From Amoebophrya sp. A120 (Eukaryota; Protista; Dinoflagellata): DNA of 64,000 nt. The notes below the pieces were generated by a model that was not told the origin of the DNA, did not search any database, and saw only the letters and a list, made by a program, of their open reading frames with translations. The stretch is taken from NCBI GenBank assembly GCA_905178155.1, contig CAJINV010000001.1, forward strand, positions 3,401,675 to 3,465,674. The letters are read 5' to 3'. The translations under genes were made by a program, and so were the position numbers. Below are positions 1 through 11,072 of the stretch, piece after piece (the first letter of the stretch is position 1; the number at the start of each line of letters is the position of its first letter).

Positions 1-455
1 GTCTCCTCCGTGGCAGCTGGTTCTTCCTCGGCGGCAGCCGGTGCCTCCTCCTCGGCAGCAGCCGGTGCGGCCTCCTCTTCCGTAGCAGCCGGTGCGGCCT
101 CCTCTTCGGTAGCCGCCGGTGCGGCCTCCTCTTCGGTAGCCGCCGGTGCGGCCTCCTCTTCGGTGGCGGCCGGAGCCTCCTCTTCGGTAGCAGCCGGTGC
201 GGCCTCCTCTTCCGTGGCAGCCGGTGCTTCTTCCTCCGCAGCGGCCGGTGCCTCCTCTTCGGTAGCAGCCGGTGCGGCCTCCTCGACCTTCTCCTCCTCG
301 GTCGCAGCCGGTGTCGTGGTCTCCTCGACCTTCTCTTCCTCGGCCGCCGGTGTCGTGGTCTCCTCGACCTTCTCTTCCTCGACCTTCTCCTCCGCGGCAG
401 CCGGAACCTCCTCCTCGGTAGCAGCCGGTGCGCTCTCCTCGACCTTCTTATCCTC
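1..455 (-). repeat. Coding tandem repeat of ~24-27 bp units encoding EEE(A)APAAT / EEKVEETTTPAA
   Basis: Recurrent unit gccggtgcggcctcctcttcggtagc seen directly. Confidence 0.9.
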
Positions 456-2844
456 GGCCGCAAATTCCTCCGCGGCCTTCGCGACCTGGTTTCAAATTAA
501 TCGAAAAACATCAGTATTGCATTTTGAAGTAAACAAAACTATCTACTACTTATACTTGACTACTAAAGCTATAACAGAACTTATTTTTGCCTTGCGATCT
601 TGAATTTTGGAACCTGGAAATGGTTTTGGAGACAGGAGTTTGAAAAAAGGAACGCAGCATAGAAAGCGAGCAGGAGAGAGAAGAAATCAGAAACAAGAAG
701 AAGAGGGGAGAGCAAAGATTTCGTTGTTAGTTTCTTGCGGTCTGCTGGTAGTGAACGTCTTCACCAACGCCTTAAGCACCGGCCTAAACCTACTCCCCGT
801 TTGCCGACAGGGTGCAGATCGATCATGATCCGCGGCTCCAGCCATGCATAAATCTTCGCTGAGAGATCAAGAGCCTAAAGATGCTAATGCTTGCGCAAGC
901 ACCTATCTCTCATGAGTGCGCATCTCTCGTGCGTATCTCTCATGCTTATCTCTCATGGAAAAACGCACTTATCATTGACTCTCAGTGCAGAATCGCACTG
1001 CTGTTTGAGCAGAAAGCATGGAAAATTCTCTCAGAAATGAACTAGAAATGAATAAAATGACACTCGCTGATGAAGAAACGAAAGCACCACTGAAATGGAA
1101 TGCACTTCGTGCACGAACAGACTTTTTACTTTCCTTTTCATAAAATGCCTATAAAGAGAGCTGCCTCTATCTTGTAGCCTTGCGTCAGCCCTGGGAAGGA
1201 GGACAGGGCTGGCATCGGATTGAATTAGGAGTGAGAGGTAGCATCTTCCCCGCCTTTGGCATGACCCAGAAGATACTAGAAACACTAGCTCGCCTTTGGC
1301 GTGACCGTGTGAAGGAGGGAGAGGAGGCGGATGGAAATAGGAACGAGAGGAAGCATCTTGCCCGCCTTTGGCGTGACCCAGATACTAGAAACACTAGCCC
1401 GCCTTTGGCGTGACCGTGTTAAGGAGGGAGGAGAGACGAGCCTTGGGAGGAAGAAATTCCTCCGCGGCCTTCGCGACCTGGTTTCAAATTATATAGGCTC
1501 TCGGAAATTCATGTGAGAATCCATTTCTGAAAAAAAAAATTCGCAAATTTCGAAACCCTCTGCGAATCCTATAACACGCGCCCAAAACCCAGCCCCGGCG
1601 AACCCCATTCAGCTATCAAAGTCAACAAGGCCCCGAAAAGGAGGCTTCTAGAACTCTGAAAGACACGCGCCGTTTTTCTTCCAGAACTCTGGAGCTTCTC
1701 TTTTGTGGACTTCGAACAAGCCGGCCCCCGATCCGGAGCCGCGTGATCCCCGAACGCCGGGGTTGGCTCCATTGCCTAGTCCATGAGTTGGCCACCAGGG
1801 CTTTGAGCTTCTGAAGCTAACAAATTCGACACACGTGAATTTCTCAGGCTCTGAAAGAAAAACGCCGTTTTTCTTTCAGAGCCTGAGAAATTCATGTGTG
1901 TCGACCTCGAACAAGCCGGCCCCCGATCCGGAGCCGGGTGATCCCGCCTATGCTGGTAGCCACGTGGGGCCGTGTCATTTGTCTCTCCTCGAGCCGCCTC
2001 GCAGTCGGGGGCGGGTTTTACAAAAATGGCCTGAGTTGAGGCGCTTCACTTCACGAAGGGCAACCAGCTTGCCGAACTGAGGTGAAGGAGCTCAGCTTTG
2101 TTGGCTTTGCTTGTCCAGGGCCCGAAACCTCTTGCGCCCTGGCCTATGCGAAGCCGGGCGCGGGCCTACTGCCCTTCCTTTTCCGAGCTGGCCCTAGCGT
2201 GGCGCCACATCGACGACGACTTAAGACACCCCATAAGAGAATGCCTGGAGGGCGCCGGCAGGGGGGCTCGGGCAGCCACCTTCCGGCAAAGCCTTGCAGC
2301 TACACACCGCGAGGGGACCACAGAGCGCACCCCCCTGGGAATTTGCGGACCACAGGCCGCAAATTCCTCCGCGGCCTTCGCGACCTGGTTTCAAATTATG
2401 TGTGACAATTTTCCTGCAAGATTCTTTCACTTTCTCCTCATTTTTCAACGAGTTCTTGAAGTTCGATGACGATGTAGCGCTGCATGTTCTTGAGCGGTAA
2501 ATTCGTATTCTGACCGTTATACTAACAAAAAATCATTCTCCGATTACATTACCACTTCCTCCACAACGGGGGAAACCTTGGTTTCAGCGGTCTCCGGCAC
2601 TGCTACCTTTGGCTTGGTCTCCTCACCGGCTGTGATTTTGTGTGTCGTAAAATTGACTTTTGCAAACGGAACGAAGTTTTTGGTGTCTATAGGAATTTTT
2701 TAGGTGTATTGTTGACACCGCATGCTTCTACTATGGTATGCTGTGTACTAGTCATGACAAAAGAAAACAGTTTGTACTCTTCAGCAGCACTGGCGCGTCA
2801 GCGGCGGCCGCGACGGCGGTAGTCTTGGAAGCACCACAACCCAT
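1..2844 (-). CDS. Partial gene (3' end outside window) for an N-acylated Glu/Ala-rich repeat protein; exons 2844-2778, 2629-2553, 2509-2450, 485-<1
   Basis: ATG at 2844 reads MGCGASK (myristoylation Gly2 plus palmitoylation Cys3 pattern). GT-AG introns join in frame to ...QELVAKAAEEFAAEDKKVEE and an open EEEAAPAAT repeat exon. The + strand ORF 10..603 is its antisense shadow. Confidence 0.7.
1233..1430. repeat. ~90 bp imperfect direct repeat x2, each holding two cgcctttggc(g/a)tgacc motifs
   Basis: Units at ~1233-1323 and ~1345-1430 align by eye. Confidence 0.8.
1826..1904. repeat. 79-bp near-perfect palindrome (39-bp arms, 1-nt centre, one mismatch)
   Basis: tcgacacacgtgaatttctcaggctctgaaagaaaaacg-c-cgtttttctttcagagcctgagaaattcatgtgtgtcga. 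Confidence 0.9.
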
Positions 2845-3495
2845 CTTGCGAAGAAGTTTTTGTACAGAAGTGATGTACAAAAATTTTTATTGCCGAAGTC
2901 TTGGAAGACTCTTTGGACAACTTGCTAGAATTTTTTAGTACGGAGAGGTATTATAATAGGCTGGGAGAGCAATCTTTGACAAGGTGGATTTATTTGGTCA
3001 CACACGACCAGGAAATGACTGAGAAAGACACTGAAAAATGTTGTAGTACACGCCAAAAAAAACGCTGGCACTCGTCTTGCAAGAAAAAAAAAGCGGCCCT
3101 CTGCTCGCGTTCGGATACAAAAAACCAAAAAGACGCTCAAGCTCGCAGAAAAAAAGCTGAAAAAAAACACAAAAAACAACCCTCCGTCGCTCACAGATCC
3201 TCCAATTCTGAAACAGTGTTATCGCTGTCGTCGAAAAAAAGATAACGCTTTTCTCTTCGATGACACGCGAAAAAAAATGAGAAGACTATGTAAAATCCAA
3301 AAAATGAAAGTCACCGATCAGCAGGAGGGGATGAACAAATATCAATGTGGTCACCCGACCAGCACAAGAATCGATCCACTCGCGAGCTGCGAGCTTTCAT
3401 AACTTTTCTTTTTCTTCTGCGCATGTGTATTTCTGTTTCTGCGTAGTTCTTTTTCATGGACAACATGGGATGATCTGTTTTCGGTCTACTCCATT

Positions 3496-4563
3496 CTACG
3501 TGCCCGACTCATAGCCTGCGCGCGCGCCAGCCTGCTTCATGCGGGCTTCGTCCTCGTCGAGCATTTTTTGTAGCACTGGTGGCAGGAGGTCCCGCACTGA
3601 TGGTTTATCCATGCGCAAGTCCTGCAGTTCCAGATCCACTTCCCGCAATTTTTCCATGAGAGAAACCTCCTCTCGCTGGTCCTGATTTCCAGTAAGGCAA
3701 GAATTTTTTGCAGAAAAAAGTTCAACACTCTGCTTAGTGCTGATCTTTCGGTAAAATAAACTCGGAACCTGATCAGTATACGAAAACCCCTGATTATTTC
3801 AAATAAGCGAGTAAGTACCTTGGATAGCTTTTGTTCCAGTTCCATTTGCTGCGACATGAGTTGCTGCTGCACCGTTCTTGTGAATTGCAAAAGCATCGCA
3901 CTAGTAGTAATTGCATTACAAATTTCCTTAGCATTAGTAATGCGGATTTGGCTTGAGAAAAAAACTTAGTAATGCATGACTGCAATTACTACGAGTGCGA
4001 TACTTTTGCACAGGATAGTTCTAGGATGCTTCTCCTCTGCCAACATTCGTTTTGCCGCCAGCGCCGTCAGCTCCTCCCGCGTCCGGGAGATCCGATCGGA
4101 GCAGGTGTCCAAGTAGACCATGAGTCTTCTTCTCACCCCAAGCAGTTCCGACTCGGGGATCTCGGTCAGTGCAGGCTTGGCGCGCATTTCCTGAGACGAG
4201 ATAATTTGGTTCAGTAAAAAGGTTGCTTCTTTCTTCATGCAGCTCAGAATGTTGTATATTTGCGTTGGAACTTGAAACTCATCGATCTTCATCCACAAAC
4301 ATGGAGATAGTCCTACGGAACAATACCTGCTTCGTTTCTCGCCACTTGTCGACGTCTTTTTGCGATGGCGGCCCTGGCTTGTTAAAGCCCTTGTCTCGGT
4401 TTCGTATGTGCTGCCCCGGCGGCGGTTTTTCCAACTCCGGCGGCAATCCAAACTCGTACTGCTGCCCCAGCAAGCCAAAGTCGCTGCTCTTTCGAAACCA
4501 CTCGTCGTCGTAGTGCTGCCTGTCGGCGGTTAGCTCATCGTTCGTCAGAATGTGCGCGCGCAT
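3496..4563 (-). CDS. Hypothetical coiled-coil protein, multi-exon, interrupted by TIR element 3879-4017
   Basis: ORFs 4279..4638, 3966..4478 and 3537..3896 join via GT-AG introns and element removal (...EKHPRT|VQQQLM...); stop at 3496-3498. Confidence 0.6.
3879..4017. mobile_element. TIR introner-like element, family C (139 bp), 5-bp DR gttct
   Basis: Ends tgtgaattgcaaaagcatcgcactagtagtaat / attactacgagtgcgatacttttgcacaggata; DR 3874-3878 and 4018-4022; homologous to 10134-10272. Confidence 0.9.
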
Positions 4564-4682
4564 GGCCGATGTCAGCGTGGTGGGCCTGTGTAGGATGGAC
4601 GAGAAGAATTCACTGACTTCTATTTCTTGTGGCAACAAAGTCGGAACTCAAACTGCGTCAAAAATGTAGTTTGCCTGTGCAT

Positions 4683-6013
4683 TCATTGAGGTAGAGCTGA
4701 AATTATGAACAAATACTTCTTCTTCCCATAGTTGGGCTTCGACCCGGAGCTTGCGCTGCTGAAGAGCACGCTTTCGCCCATGTTCTCCACGAGCTCCTTT
4801 TGCCGCTGCAGCAGGTTCATCTTTTGCGTCGCCTTTTGCCGCCGCTGCTCGGCGAGGGAAGAGCCGAGGGTTTGCGCCTGGCTGTAGACCACATCCTCCT
4901 TCAGCTTTTCCTCCAGCTCGACGATGTTACCAATATTCCCCTCGCCCAGGTGCTCCGGCCCGACATCGCCGACCTCCGGCGGCCCCTTCTTGCCGTCGTC
5001 GTCCGCGGTCAGCTGGGCGCGGCGCTCCGCGCGCTTCCGCTTCGTATCGAGCTCCGACTCGTTCCACAGTTCTTTGACCTGTTGAGTGAACGTTTTTTAC
5101 CAACATTTGCTACACCGCGATAGAGAGCAGGAGGGCGGACTACACTCAAAAGCCATCTAATTCATAACCGATCGAAAGACAATCAAAAATCTCACACTTC
5201 TGCGCTAACAGATGTCACAACCGGAACATTTAATCACCTTTTTCTGCGGCTCGGTGACTTTCACTTGCGGGTCTTTGAGAAACGTGTCGAGCTCCACCTT
5301 TTTTGACACCACAGTCAGACGGATGTTTCGGAAGACGACATCTAGCCCGCTGAACAACTGATCGAACGCTTCCGGGTTCTCCCACACCGGCGACTTGCTA
5401 CTGTTGAAGAACGCAATGGCGCCCTTTCCGCGCTGTGAAGATTTTTGCAACAGGGTCGAATGGGTAACAGACAGAAGAATTCTTGTTCATCGGTGACGCA
5501 AACTACAGTGATAATTCATCTAAAAGTCACATATTGCCGCCTGAAACAGAGTTCGCCAGCATTTTGTGCCTACTCCTCGTAATTTTATTCAAAAATATCT
5601 ACCTTGAGCGAAAACTTTATCCTGACTCGGCGTTGATCGAAAAAGGCGCAGCCTGTGTAGCCCTGCAGCAAGAACTCCCACTCTTCGATCAGCACGTTCC
5701 TGCCGTTCCGCACCACCGAGTGCACCGGATAGGACTGCGTGACCAACGGTTTGCTGGCCAGGTCGTTCCCCCCTAAACAGTACACCTTTCGCCCGTCCTT
5801 CACCTCCATCCACACGCTCCCCCCGCCGAGCACGTCGTCGCCGGAATGCAGCAGCACCCCGGTGGACACCAGTGCGCCGTCGACCTGGTTGCATTCCACT
5901 TCGCACTTCAACAAGTAGCTCTCCAACGGACCGGACCGCAGCCAGTGCACGGGCGTCTCCTGCTGGATGGTGAAGGACCAGGGCCCCAGGTTGCGCACCG
6001 GGTCGGGGTTCAT
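4683..6013 (-). CDS. Hypothetical protein, about 3 exons (3' end uncertain)
   Basis: ORFs 5585..6013 and 5205..5450 plus an exon from ~5079 into ORF 4683..4892 are bounded by GT/AG sites; GC-rich coding-like codons. Confidence 0.5.
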
Positions 6014-6714
6014 GATAGATCTTCGGGTAGTGTCGTCTGAGTGGCAGATCAGTCTTCAGAAAAATCCTCCTCGTACTTCGTTAGATGGTTTCGGTCCAGC
6101 TCGGTCACACCGCAGCTCTCCAAGAGTAGTGCGCCTTCAAGCGCCGGTTCGAAACGTCAAAACCGGCGATGGCTTCTTTCCACGAAGGCAAGAGGATAAC
6201 AGTGCGCGGACGACCGGCATGATTATCTTTTTCTTTCAATAACTTACTGACGACCCGACGTTTCCCGCAACACTCAGATTTTTCGCAATTACGACACTTT
6301 TACTCTGTCACTCTTGCAGTTTGCCTATACAACTACCCGCCTGCCTCTCATAGAAGTCCCCCACTGCTCATTCCACCACTCGCGCCCTACATTCTGTTCT
6401 CGTTCCGCCACCCAGGGTCTGCGGCCCTTTCGACGCAGCCACATCCGCATGTCCGTCCCATTTTCCGTCATTACTGACAACTGGAGAAAACACTGGGTGC
6501 ACAGCAATTCCATATTCAATAGGAAGTGAAAACTATATGCGGATAATTTCAATTCATTGGGTCAACAAGAAAACTTTACTCAGCGGAGTACTGCAATGGA
6601 TTCATTTCTTGAGTGCCTCGGTACTGGCCACTGTACATTTTCTTACATTCTATGTTCTTTGCTGAAAATAAAACCGAAATTATGCGTTTTTCTGCTCAGT
6701 GCATGCGGTTTTTT

Positions 6715-8414
6715 TCATGCACGCACGAAACCAACATTTGCGCTTGCTTCTTGTAATGTAATAAACTCGCCCTTGTCGCCATAGGCACTTTCAACTCGTC
6801 GCTCTCCACAAGTCCCTGGCCTCCAGGCTGGGTCCCTATCCTCTTCTGGGAGGGAAACCTCAAGCATTTTCCCCGGCCGCAACGGATCCTCCAGCTTCAC
6901 TGCATAGTGCTTCAACGCAAGACGCTTTTCTTCAGCGCAAGATGACTCGTCGTTGGGGAAAGAGCAAAGCGCCATCTCTTCCTCCTCTTCCCAGGTGTTC
7001 CGAGATGAACTCGCACCTGAACAAGAAGAAGAATTATCCGAAAAAGCACCATCCTCCCGACCCGGAACACCACCAGCCGCTTGGGGGTCAAACGCGTTGC
7101 GCCGCACGTCTTCGTTGTATTTCCAGTGGTAGTACCGATCGAACTTATCAAAAGGAAAAATCCCCCCTCCCCATATTGACAAGGTGCGTTTTCGAGAATT
7201 TGTGTTGCTGATTTGTGGCCACAAATCGTCTCTGTGTTGAATGAAGGCAACTCCACAGACTCCGCCGCATTCTACAGGCGGTTTGTCATGCTTATGTTCC
7301 TACAGCGTAGCAGTCTGTCATGCTAAGCGCCTAGGCCAAGACCTGTCTTCTCAGGCTTGATATGGGCCTGCAGTCCTCGCCAGCAAGACAAATCTGATTT
7401 GTGTACGCAAATCCAGCATGAGAAACTGTGTTTCGATCTGGGGAGGGGGGATTTTTCATTCGAGTATAACTCCACCGGACATCCCGCATCCGCAAACTGG
7501 ACCCGCACCTGGTGGCACGCGGGGCTCCTGACCTGCACGTCATAAAGCCCAAAGTTACCCACGCTCCTCAGCAACTGAAACTGTAACTGATGTGCCGCCC
7601 CGGGCTTTGACTCGAAAAGCATCGACTTTGACAACACATTTCCAAACGCGCCGGGGTTGTTGTCGGACATCTTTACATTTGGAGTCTTTTGCGCAGCTGG
7701 CGCGGTGCGATGTGCGGCGTTGCTTGTTGCGCTTCCTAAGGGCAGGGCCCAAGAAGATGCTGTCGTTGACCTTTCCGAGCAGACTCCTGAAAGCGCACTT
7801 CTTGCTGCGTGAAAATCTGTATCCCGAGCCAGTTCTGGAAAATAGCTCCGCAATTTCAGTCCGCGACTGCGGATCGTGCTTGCAAGGGTTCCGTGCGTGG
7901 CGAGCAAATCATTTCCGCTTCGCATTCGCAATTCCTCATCTGTGAAAAGTAGTTCCGACGGCGAAGTAGAAATGGACGTCACATCACGATCCAGTCCGTG
8001 AAGAGTACTATTTCCAAGGCCGCTTGCCACGTCACCTGCTCGTCCACACTCCTGCAACAAGCTCCCAGTCAAGGAAGGCAAAACATCGAAGTAGCTCCGA
8101 GACGCCATAGCCTCAGACGACGATCCTCTGCGCGGCATCGAGATGTCCGCCCACAAGCGGTAGCAGTGAACGATGCCGGAGGCGTGCTTCTCGATTTGCC
8201 GCGCCAAATACTCGTCTTTGGTAACCAGTTGTAGACCCTCTGTGTCCAGGTCCAGCGAGTAGGGAAAAAAATACTCGATCGCCTTTTTCGTTCGCGATTG
8301 CAGGTTGCGCTCCACGCTGGGATGCAGCGGTGAGCACCGCAGCGCAAACCCCGACGGCTTGCGCACGAAGAAGAACCGCCCGCGCCAATCCCACCCACGG
8401 ACGTGGCCCAGCAT
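6715..8414 (-). CDS. RluA/RsuA-family RNA pseudouridine synthase-like protein, interrupted by TIR element 7146-7466
   Basis: KPSG motif; YSLDLDTEGLQLVTKD (HRLD/GRLD-like, Asp kept); after element removal HQVRVQFADAGCPVE[F/L]DRYY matches the HQIRVH..GHPI.GD..Y motif. Confidence 0.75.
7146..7466. mobile_element. TIR introner-like element, family D (321 bp), DR gaact/taact
   Basis: Left end tatcaaaaggaaaaatcccccctcccca; right end reverse-complements to tactcgaatgaaaaatcccccctcccca; colinear with 35909-36226. Confidence 0.9.
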
Positions 8415-9707
8415 GGATTTTGAGGACCCGTTAGTGACTCTACTTGGCTTGTTCTCATCTATTCGCCTTTAGAGAGAGGGCATGAAAGATGATATGGAAA
8501 CGCACGCGTCGTGGTCTTTCTTTTTCCTCCTGCGCATAGACTCAAATAAGTCTCTTGACTAAGCAAACACTGACTAGGCCGGAACTTCTCGCTGTGCGTC
8601 CTCGTTCTGAGAGTGACGCAGCGCAGCACTTTTTGTCAATAGGGAAGCGCGAAACTCGACACAAACGAACCGATGAACATTTAATCGCAGAGGTGACATG
8701 GGTTGAACTTCTACGTCCGTGAAAACGCGACTTTACTTTTGGATACTGTCCACACCACGACCGATAAACAATGATCGTCAGACAAGAACACCATTCTGGC
8801 GAGTTAAGCAAACTCATAGTACAACCCAAAAGGAGAACTTCTACGGGAGCCACGAAAAAGCTGCAACCTCCTCCTGTGCTCATTGAGATCATGGCTGTTG
8901 CGTTCTTCTTTTGTCTTTGACCCTTTTTTTTCCGAAGAGCAACAACGGAAGCATCCACTTCGCACTCCGAATGTCATGATGTCATTCATGCCTCAAACAT
9001 TACTTGAGTTTTCGAGTGCTTGCGAAGATCCGAACGAAACGAAGCGCAATTGTGATTCAATCACAATTTCACTTCGTTCCTTCCAATGAAGATTTACAGT
9101 CACGGTGCGAAGCTACTATCGTACTAGATGAGAATGTAAAAGAATACTTCTACTTGTCAGTACGCGCTACTTGGCGGATAGTTCTTGGCGACTTATTCGG
9201 TGGCACAAATTCTGCGGTCACTATGTCAGATGTAAACCGTCGAAATCTGATTCTACAGAAAAAGCGTGACGGTTGAGAATCCGCCTCACGTGCTCAACCT
9301 GACGTCAAACCGAAATCAATAATAGAAATTTAAGTGCGTCACGGTAGCCGGAGCGAACCGTGGAAGAAATGATCAATTATAGAAAATTGAAGCTCCAAAA
9401 AAGTTGCCGCGTCGCTACTAGAACGGAATACAAATACAGCACTCCTTGTCCTTCTTCCCAATTACTTCTTCTTCATCGTTTTTTTCACGCTCTTCATGCT
9501 CATCTTCATCTTCGTCGCCGAGCTCTTCTTCTTCATGTGAGAGTGCACAAGCTCTCCACCACCTCTCACTCATTTGTGTGGCACGAGCAGCAGCAGAAAC
9601 AGAAACAGAACTGTAGCTCTTACATGACACGTCCAGTAGACACGGAAAAATGCAGTGTCAGGCTTATGCAGTGCATTGTAGCTTGTTATACATGTCCTCA
9701 GGCCGAC

Positions 9708-11072
9708 TTACTTACTCCTACAAGCAGGCAGCAGCGGATTGACAATTGCAAATTCAGCATGACAAATGAGGGAGAAAGGGATAGGGAATTGTCTTCTCAT
9801 CTCATACTTCATCGACGACTTCTTCATCGACTTTTTCCCTCCATAGTGGACGTCCGAGCACTCCTATCGCAAGAAAAAACTGTGTAAGTGTAACTTTGTC
9901 TTGCAGATGTTGCAATACAGTTACACTTGTCATGCCGGATATGCATCAGAGGCGATTTCAATACGTGTTTTCGCGTACTAACTACGCATGACAGGTTTTC
10001 TGATATGCATAAAGATATCTGTGATGCTGCTCCTGCAATAAAAAAGTTACACTTACACACTTTTTTTCTTGAATATCTCCGCACACTTCTTCCTCGCCTC
10101 AATCCACTCCAGCTCTTGCTTCCGCGCCAGTTCTATGAACTGCAAAAGTATCGTACTAGTATAAATCGCAATACAAATTGGCGCAGCATTATGTAATGCG
10201 GATTTGCCTAACCAGCTAGATTTGTAATGCATAACTCGGATTACTACGAGTACGATACTTTTGCACAGGATAAGTTCAAGGTCGATCTCCTTCGATTTCA
10301 GATGTCCCTCTTTGCTCCAGAGGTACACGTCGCAGGGAGACGCGCTCGTGTTCACCTTCAACTTTCCACCCTTCCCCAACTTCTCTTCCGTCAACCGGGC
10401 CCAGGAGTCCACGTTGTGCTCGCCGAGCGAAGAATTCATCTTCCCATCCACCACGAACAGCTCCTGGCCGTTTTTCGGAACGGGAAGATGGATCGAAGTC
10501 TGTCCCTTCGGCAAAACCATAATTTTCACGGTCTCCAGACCGTTCGAGAACAGCTCAAGCTCGTGATAAACGCAAGCGCCCCCAATTTCCGCTACTTGTT
10601 TCCCTTCCGCTTTCACTTTCGCGGCGGTTAGTCCGGTCCACGCCTTGTGCTCGGGCTCCTTCGCCGGCTTTCCCCCGGTCGGGTGCATTTGGCAAAGCTT
10701 CACCATGATTTTGCAACCGTCGCTGCCGATAAAGGGCGCGTGCTCACTGCCAATGAAATTGCGAATGTACGTGTATTTCGGGAACACGCCGTACTTGTCG
10801 CGCCAGTGCCCGTCCAGCACAATAAATTCTTCCCCGCCGGTGTGCGTGTGCGGGGGGAACGTCTGGTCCGGACCAAACTTCACCACCGTGGTGGCACGGG
10901 CGATATCGCCTCCCTTCCGCTCGATCAGCCGGCGGGCGACGCCGGAAGAGAGGGAGGTAGTCAGCCATTCCTGGTCCGAGGTGCGGACCAACACGGTCTT
11001 GGTTTTTTCGGTGTTCAGCTGCATGTGATTGGGCAGCACCTTGCCCTTTTTGCCGGAAGCCGAAGGCGCCAT
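9708..11072 (-). CDS. ChrR-like (cupin_7) double-cupin protein, interrupted by two TIR elements; final micro-exon uncertain
   Basis: GVARRLIERKGGDIARATTVVKF..FPPHTHTGGEEFIVLDG..YIRNFIGSEHAP..GCKIMVKLCQ is the ChrR-type cupin pattern; element removal gives DLELARKQ...KKCAE[C/S]SDVHY. Confidence 0.8.
9865..10075. mobile_element. TIR introner-like element, family E (211 bp), DR actcc/tctcc
   Basis: Left end tatcgcaagaaaaaactgtgtaagtgtaacttt; right end reverse-complements to tattcaagaaaaaaagtgtgtaagtgtaacttt; its reverse complement aligns with 61709-61920. Confidence 0.9.
10134..10272. mobile_element. TIR introner-like element, family C (139 bp), DR agttc
   Basis: tatgaactgcaaaagtatcgtactag ... 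cgagtacgatacttttgcacaggata; DR 10129-10133 and 10273-10277; element+DR is 144 nt so the ORF reads through. Confidence 0.92.

Larger units (their letters stand above)
456..2398. repeat. Three direct copies of a 38-44 bp intron-acceptor/exon junction (456-499, 1454-1491, 2355-2398) separating two unrelated ~0.9 kb inserts
   Basis: aaattcctccgcggccttcgcgacctggtttcaaatta is identical at 462, 1454 and 2361; copies 1 and 3 share 44 bp. Confidence 0.9.

Noticed and set aside
10-603. 197-aa Ala/Ser-rich + strand ORF
   Set aside because: Antisense shadow of the Glu/Ala repeat exon on the minus strand, which has a splice acceptor and upstream exons.
456-2398. CRISPR- or integron-like reading of the three identical repeats
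   Set aside because: Spacers are ~0.9 kb, there is no cas or integrase gene, the context is eukaryotic, and the repeat is a host splice junction.
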